Positions 1 to 6,850 of a stretch of 21,943 nucleotides of DNA are shown one piece after another. This stretch comes from Minisyncoccota bacterium (GTDB lineage: Bacteria; Patescibacteriota; Minisyncoccia; Phycocordibacterales; Zambryskibacteraceae): positions 1 through 21,943 of the forward strand of contig JAGVCW010000022.1 in the NCBI GenBank assembly GCA_020059045.1. The letters run 5' to 3'. Under the pieces are notes generated by a model. That model had not been told where the DNA came from and did no database searches. It was given only the letters and a program-made list of their open reading frames with translations. The position numbers and the translations under genes are program-made. Position 1 is the stretch's first letter, and each line of letters starts with the position of its first letter.

Positions 1-201
1 CAGCACCTGTAAGGTGAAAGGTTCCTCTCCTCGGCACAAACAAATACGCAGTTTTTTGTTTGTCCGAAGAAGGTTTACTTTCGGGGAGGACTTGAAAAGG
101 CTGAAGATATCGCACGGAGCTTGCGAGTACGATATGAAGCCTGTACAGCCTCTGTAAGAGGAAAGACTCTTCCAATTCTGTAAGGATCAAGATTCCTCTC
201 C
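1..201 (+). repeat. three imperfect direct repeats of about 28 nt, each carrying a short CTGTAAG hairpin, upstream of the first promoter
   Basis: Units at 1-30 (CAGCACCTGTAAGGTGAAAGGTTCCTCTCC), 146-173 (CAGCCTCTGTAAGAGGAAAGACTCTTCC) and 176-201 (TTCTGTAAGGATCAAGATTCCTCTCC). Units 1 and 2 form 4-bp stems with a TGTAA loop (CACC/GGTG and CCTC/GAGG). Confidence 0.45.
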
Positions 202-223
202 ATTTACACAAAGTCGTTTATTC

Positions 224-251
224 TTGACATTCCTTTTTTTTATGATATTAT
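224..251 (+). promoter_or_regulatory. sigma70-type promoter, TTGACA-16 nt-TATTAT, about 70 nt upstream of the 321 CDS
   Basis: TTGACA at 224-229, TATTAT at 246-251, and AAGGAG as ribosome-binding site 9 nt before the ATG at 321. Confidence 0.6.
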
Positions 252-320
252 GACAGCAGATTCGGTCTTTGAAATCTACTCAAACCGCGCCGCTGCGCAC
301 ACTGCAAAGGAGCAACTTAA

Positions 321-1562
321 ATGAAGCCAGAATCACTCTTCAAGGCCCTTTTCTGGGTCCTGTGGATATTGGCATTACTTTTTAGTCCAGTATCCACAAT
401 CACTATCTCAGCCATAATTCTCTCGGTTGGATGGATTCTCAGGCGAATGGCAGATAAGGAGAAGCTGTGGGGTTTCATACCGGCAAACACATTTGCATTG
501 ATTACTCCTCGAGGAAATAACGATCCTCATGTCACTAAAGAGGAAGTGACAAGCGCCGACATTGTAGATGTTTTACATGCGGTACCTGGCAAAAGATTGG
601 ACAAAACCAGCAAGAATAGCATGGAGTGGACTTTTGTTGATGGCCAAGAGGAACGTGGTTTGATAGGTTGGATTCTTTTCAAAACTCTTGGTATCCAATG
701 GATAGGCTTGTACCGCACTAGACGAACTAACCTTGTAAAGGAGTTTGTCTTTGGGAGAGATGAAAATCAATCAAGTTACATTGTTGCTCCTAAGGACAAG
801 ACAAGTAAAGATGTTTTCTTTTCCGGAAGTCAGGCTGTTATCGTCCCTCGAGTAGAGATGGCTGACGCTCTTGGTCTTACTATTGCTTTCATCACGATCC
901 TGGAGCGAACCCAACCAGTCAAGTCTGTGATGCGGGTTGCGGATTCAAATGCCAATCTGTCTGCCAAAGCACGGAAAAAGGTGCTTCGTAATGCCGGCAC
1001 TGTTACCGCACAAGATTTCATTGGTGGTCCAAACAGTGCTCAACACAAGGAAAAGTTGGAAATAGAAATACGTGATCTTTCGTCCAAGGACGTTGGAATT
1101 ATACCCGAAGCTCTGCAGGAACTCGGGCTGACAATAACTTCTGCCGACCTAGAAGATGTTGATTATGATGCTACGACTAAAGCACTTCTCCAACAAAAGA
1201 CCGCTGCACGAATCGCTGGAGAGGCTAAAGTAATTGAAGCGCTAGCAGATAGAGACGCAAAGTTTGCACGCATCGAAGCTGAAACTGCAGAAGTTAACAA
1301 AGTCATTCTCCCCCAGGCAAGAACTGCTGGAGCTGCCCGTATTCGCGAAGCGATGGCCTACGAGAAAAATAGTACAGTTCGTACGTTTGCACCAGGTGGC
1401 CGCGGTGGTTTAGGGATTATTACAGGAGATACGGAGAACGATTCCACTACTCGTCCTAGAGGCGGGGCAAACCCCGGAAGAGGATTGTCAGCGGCTCCTG
1501 AACCCACAGAACCTGCACAAACGACTCCATCTGATCCTACGGCAGTAGTGCCAAGTAAGTAG
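321..1562 (+). CDS. SPFH/band-7 (stomatin/HflK-like) family membrane protein with an N-terminal TM anchor and a Pro/Thr/Gly-rich C-terminal tail
   Basis: Strong AAGGAG ribosome-binding site. N-terminal hydrophobic helices (FWVLWILALLF...ISAIILSVGWIL). The central region (VIVPRVEMADALGLTIAFITILERT ... QQKTAARIAGEAKVIEALADRDAKFARIEAETAE) resembles the SPFH beta-sheet followed by an Ala/Glu-rich coiled helix. The C-terminal tail is low-complexity. Confidence 0.55.
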   Translation: MKPESLFKALFWVLWILALLFSPVSTITISAIILSVGWILRRMADKEKLWGFIPANTFALITPRGNNDPHVTKEEVTSADIVDVLHAVPGKRLDKTSKNSMEWTFVDGQEERGLIGWILFKTLGIQWIGLYRTRRTNLVKEFVFGRDENQSSYIVAPKDKTSKDVFFSGSQAVIVPRVEMADALGLTIAFITILERTQPVKSVMRVADSNANLSAKARKKVLRNAGTVTAQDFIGGPNSAQHKEKLEIEIRDLSSKDVGIIPEALQELGLTITSADLEDVDYDATTKALLQQKTAARIAGEAKVIEALADRDAKFARIEAETAEVNKVILPQARTAGAARIREAMAYEKNSTVRTFAPGGRGGLGIITGDTENDSTTRPRGGANPGRGLSAAPEPTEPAQTTPSDPTAVVPSK

Positions 1563-1574
1563 ATTGGGATTTCG

Positions 1575-1605
1575 AGCTAAGTACTTTTGTACTTAGCTTT
1601 TTTAA
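1575..1605 (+). terminator. Rho-independent terminator
   Basis: AGCTAAGTAC-tttt-GTACTTAGCT is a perfect 10-bp stem. It is followed by TTTTTTAA, immediately after the stop at 1562. Confidence 0.75.
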
Positions 1606-1608
1606 TAC

Positions 1609-1637
1609 TTGCAATTTAAATATGAATATGGTATAAT
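1609..1637 (+). promoter_or_regulatory. sigma70-type promoter, TTGCAA-17 nt-TATAAT
   Basis: TTGCAA at 1609-1614 and TATAAT at 1632-1637. A GAGGT ribosome-binding site precedes the ATG at 1688. Confidence 0.6.
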
Positions 1638-1687
1638 ACCGCCAGAATGAACATCGTCAAAGACACAACTCTAACCCATGAGGTAAC

Positions 1688-3298
1688 ATGTCTGACCGCA
1701 TAAGGAATTGGTTAGTGCGAGTTATCGACCGCTTGGAGAATCACTTGCGAAATCGTCGGATTAGGAACGCGGCACGAGGGCAGCCTACACAGTCGACTTG
1801 GTGGCCAGCAGGGCTAAGGAGAGACCCAGCGACAATAATGACAGCCCTACTTCTGGCAGTAGTTTCGGTAGTTGCAATTTTTCAGCTTAGCAAACTACCA
1901 TCTGTTATCAGTGGAATTTTCAAATCTGGTGAGGATGCCTGCTTGACTGCTGATCTTGCAAGATCTGCTGGAAGGGTGGACGCAATCGCCGAAGCCGCAT
2001 GTGCGGCACACCGCGAGCCGATAGAGTGGGCAGTATTGGGGCTTCGAGCTCTCGTTGTTATTGTAGTAATTATTATCCTCGTATTAGTGTGGAAATTTGT
2101 TCGTAGGCGATGGATGAGACCTACTGCAGCTCCTACTGCTACAGCAGGAGCTGCAGTAGCAACTCCAAGAGGAGCGGGAACATCAGGAATTTCATGGAAG
2201 TATGTTGGTGTACTAGCTCCTATTGCTGTTTTCTTCATCTTCAGTTGGGCACTGTACGCCTTTTGGGCTGAGTTCAGTGGTGAAGCTGGAAGAAGTTATT
2301 TCTGGAACGAATGGTTCTGGAGCACAAACTTCTGGCTACTGCTCATAATTGCACTAGCAGCATGGATCGGAGCGTTCTTCGTCAGCAATAAAGCTTTCAT
2401 TCCTTATGTTGTGGTGATCGTTATTGTAGCCCTAGCTACAACGTACAAAGACATCCGAGAAGGTCTCGCTGGCAAAGTGGTAGCAGGACCACTGCCGGGT
2501 GTAGTCGTCGCATCCGCGGTTGCTACTTTCCCGGAGAACCCGAGTGATAAGTGGAGAACTGCCGATCTTGATTCGGCTCGTACATATCTCGATTTTCCAC
2601 AGGACTCGATGTTTCTCGAGATCTTTGCGTGTGAGTCGAGCGGTATTCACTACACCGATTCTGCACGCACAGAGGTGTTACGAGGGAGGGTTGATAGCTC
2701 CGATGTGGGTATTGCTCAAAACAATGAGCGAATCCATAGAGATCTACTTGATTCCCTTGCAGCAAGTCCGGACTCAGCGGAATATTATGACATATACACC
2801 ATCCGGGGTAATGTCAATTTCGCTAAACACCTGCGATATCGCAAGATCCGCGCAGGAAGAACCGGTCTTCGGATTTACGAAGACTGGAATGCTTCTCGTC
2901 ACTGTTGGGAAAGACATGAGGGTAGCCGGTCGCGTACTGTCGAGCAACAGGTGGTAGAGTCTCCATTTGGCCCACCTCCATCACCGGATCCAATCAGATT
3001 CGTTGATAGGAAGCTTGTAATCCCAGCCGGAGACACAAGCTGGACAAACACGATAACTAGGCCAAGTATGGAGTATGAAGTCTATTGGAATACGGGAGGA
3101 CCATCATATATCGACCTCATTGCTCTCGTAAATGGGCGAGACACAGTAAGTCTGAATGCGAGCGTTGCATACAGGCCGATACGGAACTTCCGTTCGATAT
3201 CGTATAGGACAAGGGTACCTGTAGAGATCCCTGTTGAAATTTATGTCTGTATGCTCAGGCGTAACGAGGCACGGATCCTAGCACAATGTACTGATTAG
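1688..3298 (+). CDS. hypothetical polytopic membrane protein, about 5-6 TM helices, with an Ala/Thr-rich linker and a roughly 270-aa soluble C-terminal domain
   Basis: The ORF is 536 aa with a ribosome-binding site. Hydrophobic segments: TALLLAVVSVVAIF, LVVIVVIIILVLVW, VGVLAPIAVFFIFSWALYAFW, FWLLLIIALAAWIGAFFV and IPYVVVIVIVALATT. No recognisable catalytic motif. GC is elevated relative to most of the window. Confidence 0.6.
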   Translation: MSDRIRNWLVRVIDRLENHLRNRRIRNAARGQPTQSTWWPAGLRRDPATIMTALLLAVVSVVAIFQLSKLPSVISGIFKSGEDACLTADLARSAGRVDAIAEAACAAHREPIEWAVLGLRALVVIVVIIILVLVWKFVRRRWMRPTAAPTATAGAAVATPRGAGTSGISWKYVGVLAPIAVFFIFSWALYAFWAEFSGEAGRSYFWNEWFWSTNFWLLLIIALAAWIGAFFVSNKAFIPYVVVIVIVALATTYKDIREGLAGKVVAGPLPGVVVASAVATFPENPSDKWRTADLDSARTYLDFPQDSMFLEIFACESSGIHYTDSARTEVLRGRVDSSDVGIAQNNERIHRDLLDSLAASPDSAEYYDIYTIRGNVNFAKHLRYRKIRAGRTGLRIYEDWNASRHCWERHEGSRSRTVEQQVVESPFGPPPSPDPIRFVDRKLVIPAGDTSWTNTITRPSMEYEVYWNTGGPSYIDLIALVNGRDTVSLNASVAYRPIRNFRSISYRTRVPVEIPVEIYVCMLRRNEARILAQCTD

Positions 3299-3305
3299 TA
3301 TGAGT

Positions 3306-3345
3306 GGGCGTAGCTTGCGCAAGCAAGTTATGCCTTTTTTATTGT
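3306..3345 (+). terminator. probable terminator with a short GC palindrome followed by a T6 run
   Basis: GCTTGCGCAAGC palindrome followed by TGCCTTTTTTATT, lying between convergent genes. The stem is weak. Confidence 0.35.
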
Positions 3346-3369
3346 CAAAACAAAGGGTCCACTACTCAA

Positions 3370-4338
3370 TTAATATGAAATTTTATTAACCACTCTTCCC
3401 TCTTTATCAAATAAAGTTATTGTTTCTCTTTCGTTTGCCCACATCTCCCATGACTTATTTAGATAAACTCTCCACTCGGGTAGATAGAAATCTTTGTCTT
3501 CCGAGTGTAGAGCTACACAGGACTCATATGAATAGTGACTTGCAATGAAGGCTTTACACTGGCTTGAGAGCCCGCAAACACCGTCGACACATCCCCGCTC
3601 AATATTGTTTCCTATTCGAGTTGAATCCTTTTCCTTGGGCGTGCGACATGTTGCCATAGATCTGACAAACTTATAACAGTCATCATCCAGACTTTCTACT
3701 CCCACTTCGGCGGCCGGATACGGGCAACTAGTATACATGTATGGGTAGAATTCATAAGTGGGAAGATTTTCAAGATACCCACTGCACTTGTTTACTTTAA
3801 AACTTGTTACAACAAATGGATTCTTGTTCTGGACATCACCAGTTATGATGGCTGCTTTCTCCCCTTTACCAAGAATTATAGGGCCAAGAAAATTTGACCC
3901 TTTAGTAATAAACAATTTTGCAGCTTGAGGTATTACTGCAACATCAGATTGAAGTTTCACTTGGTTCCCACCTAGGTTCGTAAACTTATTTCCTTTGCCA
4001 TTTGAAAGAGACCAACCAGTTATATTTACTCCCTCTACTGGCACATCTTGCGCATATAAATATATGTATTCTCTGGAAGGCTGTATTTCATATGTATTGC
4101 CTGATTGTATAGTAACTTTTCCATACCAAGGAGAAGCGTTGCCCTCGGACAATGTTGTGTTCCCAATTTGGCTACTTGATCCACTGGACGAATAAACACT
4201 TGTAGATGTTGTTCCAATGAGAGGACCTCCCATACTTGGGATAAACTTGCCCCGGCCAAGAAGCATAAGAAATATCACTGCCACTATCCCTATGATAAAC
4301 AGTACGTCTTCCCCTTTTGAGTAATTTGCTTTAAACAT
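3370..4338 (-). CDS. hypothetical N-terminally anchored extracellular protein with a Ser-rich linker and a Cys-rich C-terminal domain, positioned directly downstream of the pilin-like array
   Basis: The ORF is 322 aa. N-terminal TM (LFIIGIVAVIFLMLL), then SSSGSSS linker. There are 9 Cys in the last ~130 aa (CSGY, CPYP, DDDCYKF, ATCRTP, GCVDGVCGLSSQCKAF, ESCVALH). A putative own promoter, TTGTAA-17-TATTCT, lies on the minus strand in 4339-4412. Confidence 0.6.
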   Translation of the reverse strand: MFKANYSKGEDVLFIIGIVAVIFLMLLGRGKFIPSMGGPLIGTTSTSVYSSSGSSSQIGNTTLSEGNASPWYGKVTIQSGNTYEIQPSREYIYLYAQDVPVEGVNITGWSLSNGKGNKFTNLGGNQVKLQSDVAVIPQAAKLFITKGSNFLGPIILGKGEKAAIITGDVQNKNPFVVTSFKVNKCSGYLENLPTYEFYPYMYTSCPYPAAEVGVESLDDDCYKFVRSMATCRTPKEKDSTRIGNNIERGCVDGVCGLSSQCKAFIASHYSYESCVALHSEDKDFYLPEWRVYLNKSWEMWANERETITLFDKEGRVVNKISY

Positions 4339-4411
4339 TAAAGTAATTGTAATTTAGAATACTTTAAAATATTGCTTCTTACAATTAGCTTATGACCTTG
4401 CATTTCTTAAC

Positions 4412-4443
4412 AAAAGACCCCGCCTAGGCGGGGTCTTTTGTTA
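4412..4443. terminator. bidirectional Rho-independent terminator
   Basis: AAAA-GACCCCGCC-tag-GGCGGGGTC-TTTTGTT is a 9-bp GC-rich stem flanked by an A-run and a T-run. It ends the minus-strand pilin operon. Confidence 0.8.
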
Positions 4444-4492
4444 ATCATCATTCGTTATTCCTTATTCTCTATTCTTTATATCTTATTCTTCT
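4444..4492 (-). repeat. heptad-periodic purine tract, (NNN)GAAT repeated about 5 times on the minus strand, between the stop codon and the terminator; repeat family copy 1
   Basis: On the plus strand, ATTC occurs at 4450, 4457, 4464 and 4471 with period 7, and again at 4485. The reverse complement, GAAGAATAAGATATAAAGAATAGAGAATAAGGA, matches 14291-14323 at 30 of 33 positions. Confidence 0.6.
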
Positions 4493-4759
4493 TCAAAACG
4501 GAAATCTACCTGAAATATTTACACCGATTGTGTCCATAACAATCCTTATGATTCCGTAGACTCCGAACATTATAAACATTCCAATAACACCCCATAGCAT
4601 GTTTTTCTGACCTTGCTCTCGGTTCTTAGCATCTTCTGTATTAGTAAGGAATTGGAATATCCCCCACAGAAATACTAGGAGTGCTATCGCAAACATAAGG
4701 AGAATGAGTGGGTTTAAGATAAACTGATTTATCTTACCCAAAAACGGAGCAATGGACAT
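4493..4759 (-). CDS. TrbC/VirB2-like pilin-family small membrane protein, paralog 6, lacking the signal peptide and ectodomain
   Basis: Two TM helices separated by a charged loop (FLWGIFQFLTNTEDAKNREQGQKNMLWGVIGMFIMFGVYGII) match the family core of the upstream paralogs. It lies 15 nt after paralog 5. Confidence 0.5.
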   Translation of the reverse strand: MSIAPFLGKINQFILNPLILLMFAIALLVFLWGIFQFLTNTEDAKNREQGQKNMLWGVIGMFIMFGVYGIIRIVMDTIGVNISGRFPF

Positions 4760-4774
4760 GAGAAATGACTACCT

Positions 4775-5122
4775 CTATATTGCTGGGGGCTGGATTATTC
4801 CGCCACCACCCGTACCTGTTTCTGTCTGAAGAAGCTGAACGATCCCCCATACTGAAACCATAATGAATATTGCAACTATTCCCCAAATCATGATTTTCTT
4901 TCCTTCTTCTCTTTTGTCTTCATTTCCTGCGGCAAGAACAAATTTCATTAAACCCCATAGGAAAAACAGGAATGCGAGGCCGATGACGACTGGTGTTGCC
5001 ATATTGATAAGACCCCTGATCTGACTGATAACGCTCTGGGTATAGTTAAAAGTTGGATTCCCTACAGCAAGCACAATTGCTGGAAGTAGGAAACTGGCGC
5101 CAAGAGCAATAAACTTTTTCAT
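4775..5122 (-). CDS. TrbC/VirB2-like pilin-family protein with signal peptide, short ectodomain and TM hairpin; paralog 5
   Basis: Signal peptide MKKFIALGASFLLPAIVLAVG. Core PVVIGLAFLFFLWGLMKFVLAAGNEDKREEGKKIMIWGIVAIFIMVSVWGIV. Gly-rich C-terminal tail. Own minus-strand promoter at 5180-5208. Confidence 0.65.
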   Translation of the reverse strand: MKKFIALGASFLLPAIVLAVGNPTFNYTQSVISQIRGLINMATPVVIGLAFLFFLWGLMKFVLAAGNEDKREEGKKIMIWGIVAIFIMVSVWGIVQLLQTETGTGGGGIIQPPAI

Positions 5123-5179
5123 TGTTTGATAAAATTAAATAATAAAATACGTTTTAGTTATACCTAGTGGTATAGGCTT

Positions 5180-5208
5180 ATAATACAAGGATTTAATGCA
5201 AAATTCAA
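5180..5208 (-). promoter_or_regulatory. internal sigma70-type promoter, TTGAAT-17-TATTAT on the minus strand, inside the pilin array
   Basis: Reverse complement of 5203-5208 is TTGAAT, and of 5180-5185 is TATTAT, with a 17-nt spacer. Located in the 117-nt gap between paralogs 4 and 5. Confidence 0.5.
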
Positions 5209-5239
5209 GGGAAGTGTGGATAAAAAAGTGAAAGACAGA

Positions 5240-5557
5240 TTACGGTCCAATGATATAAGTGCTAAGCCCAAACTCAAATCTAAGTAACCAGACTATCCCC
5301 CAAACAGATACCATTATAAAAAGTGCTATAACACCCCAAGTCATTAACCTCTTTCCTTCTGTTCTTTTCTCTTCGTTACCTGAATTTAAGATAAAGTTTG
5401 CTAGCCCCCATAGGAAAAATAAGAAGGCGAGGCCGATGACGACTGGAAAAGCTAAGTTTAATACATTTCTGAATTCTGTGATTACTCCCTGTATACCTTG
5501 AGCCGCAACAAAAACGGGTAGAAAGGATGTGAGAATTAGAAAAAATCTATAGATCAT
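5240..5557 (-). CDS. TrbC/VirB2-like pilin-family protein, paralog 4
   Basis: Signal peptide MIYRFFLILTSFLPVFVAAQG. Core PVVIGLAFLFFLWGLANFILNSGNEEKRTEGKRLMTWGVIALFIMVSVWGIV is near-identical to paralog 5. A roughly 45-nt stretch (about 5404-5447) is about 85-90% identical to the corresponding stretch of paralog 5 (about 4949-4992). Confidence 0.65.
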   Translation of the reverse strand: MIYRFFLILTSFLPVFVAAQGIQGVITEFRNVLNLAFPVVIGLAFLFFLWGLANFILNSGNEEKRTEGKRLMTWGVIALFIMVSVWGIVWLLRFEFGLSTYIIGP

Positions 5558-5562
5558 TTAAG

Positions 5563-6024
5563 TTATGAAGTTCGAAGAAATGGAAACGCCAAATTACCCC
5601 CAAAAAAATCACTAAAAAGAATACTTACAATTCCCCAAACTGATACCATTACAAAGAGTCCTATCGCCCCCCAGAACATAAGACTCTTGCCCGCACTTAC
5701 TTTCTTCTCATCTCCTGCTGCCAAAACAAATCTCATAAGTCCCCAGAGAAAGACGAAAAACGCTAATCCTATGACAACTGGTATAAGTGAATTAATTAGA
5801 CCCACGAGTAAGCAAACAAATTCTGTGAAGTTACCAGGTTGCGTGCCTGGAGCAGTATTCCCATATGAGGGACACACTGAAGAAGAGGCCGGAGATGGAG
5901 AAGTGTTAACGGGGATAGGAAAACCGGCAAAAGCTTGCACGGGTAGAGATAGAATAATAATTAATATTACAAAGCAAGCTACGTAACTCCTCACCAAATT
6001 TATTTTGAATCTACTCGTATACAT
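5563..6024 (-). CDS. TrbC/VirB2-like pilin-family protein with an extended Pro/Ser-rich ectodomain carrying a Cys pair; paralog 3
   Basis: Signal peptide, then SPSPASSSVCPSYGNTAPGTQPGNFTEFVC with two Cys, then core PVVIGLAFFVFLWGLMRFVLAAGDEKKVSAGKSLMFWGAIGLFVMVSVWGIV. AAGGA ribosome-binding site. Lies 5 nt from paralog 4. Confidence 0.65.
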   Translation of the reverse strand: MYTSRFKINLVRSYVACFVILIIILSLPVQAFAGFPIPVNTSPSPASSSVCPSYGNTAPGTQPGNFTEFVCLLVGLINSLIPVVIGLAFFVFLWGLMRFVLAAGDEKKVSAGKSLMFWGAIGLFVMVSVWGIVSILFSDFFGGNLAFPFLRTS

Positions 6025-6027
6025 ATT

Positions 6028-6420
6028 TTATGGTCCTTGAAGTTGGTTCACTGTTGCTTGTATAGCCAAAGCTATTGCCCATGAGCCTAGAAGTATAAGG
6101 GCTCCAATGACTGAGGAGAAAAACGCACTTTTCGCACTCTTAAGTTTAGTTTCATCTCCACGTGCAGTAACAAACAGAAACCCTGCATAAATAATAGCAA
6201 GTGTAACTATTACCCCTCCAATAGGAAGTATCACGTCATTAATAACAGCAACTATGAAGTCGTAGAGTGTACCAGGAGCATTTCGGAGAGGATTGGGAAT
6301 ACAGACACTACCTTGAGGACATGGCGCGGATCCACCTGTATTACCCGCAAACACAATTCCTGGAATATAAACTACCAAGATAATGAGAAGAGAGAGAAGC
6401 ATTGTAAAAAGTTTTTTCAT
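6028..6420 (-). CDS. TrbC/VirB2-like pilin-family protein, the more classical VirB2-like variant with a Cys pair; paralog 2
   Basis: Signal peptide MKKLFTMLLSLLIILVVYIPGIVFAG. The ectodomain holds CPQGSVC. TM hairpin: IVTLAIIYAGFLFVTARGDETKLKSAKSAFFSSVIGALILLGSWAIALAI. Lies 3 nt from paralog 3. Confidence 0.6.
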   Translation of the reverse strand: MKKLFTMLLSLLIILVVYIPGIVFAGNTGGSAPCPQGSVCIPNPLRNAPGTLYDFIVAVINDVILPIGGVIVTLAIIYAGFLFVTARGDETKLKSAKSAFFSSVIGALILLGSWAIALAIQATVNQLQGP

Positions 6421-6445
6421 AAATAATTAATTCTTGCTTTAATAC

Positions 6446-6850
6446 TTAACCAAAAAGTGTAAACGGTTGATCAAGGAGAGCAACTGCAATAAATTTCACA
6501 ATAAGCCACGCGGCAAGTATAAAGAAGAAACCAATCATAGTATTTGTAAATATTCCTTTTGCCCTCTTAATTTTATCATCTGCTCCCCCTGCTGTAACCA
6601 TGAGAAAACCAGCTACGATAAACGCTATTGCTGCGAGTGGTACAGAGTAAAGTATTATGATGTTCATAATATTTATACCCAATGTGATTAGTGAGCCAAA
6701 GGTACAGGGGTCATCAAACTTGTTTTTAGTAGTATTAAAATTTGTATTGCAAACTATTAAGTTCGTATCCACAGCGAGAGTTGTAAGTGGCACGAGAAAT
6801 ACTACAATAATCAAAAAGAAACTTAGAGAAAATGTTAGTGAAGATTTCAT
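6446..6850 (-). CDS. TrbC/VirB2-like pilin-family protein, paralog 1; its start overlaps the stop of the upstream solute-binding-protein gene
   Basis: Signal peptide, an ectodomain with two Cys (LIVCNTNF...DDPCTFG), and the hairpin AAIAFIVAGFLMVTAGGADDKIKRAKGIFTNTMIGFFFILAAWLIV. The ATG (6848-6850) overlaps the TAA (6850-6852) of the 6850-8139 gene as TAATG. Confidence 0.6.
   Translation of the reverse strand: MKSSLTFSLSFFLIIVVFLVPLTTLAVDTNLIVCNTNFNTTKNKFDDPCTFGSLITLGINIMNIIILYSVPLAAIAFIVAGFLMVTAGGADDKIKRAKGIFTNTMIGFFFILAAWLIVKFIAVALLDQPFTLFG

Noticed and set aside
1-201. Possible CRISPR array, based on the repeats at the window start
   Set aside because: There are only three imperfect copies, spaced irregularly at 1, 146 and 176. 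No uniform repeat-spacer periodicity and no cas genes.
1882-2957. ORFs of 72-145 aa on both strands inside the 1688-3298 gene
   Set aside because: They are nested within a longer ORF that has a ribosome-binding site and a consistent TM-helix pattern. None has start signals of its own.
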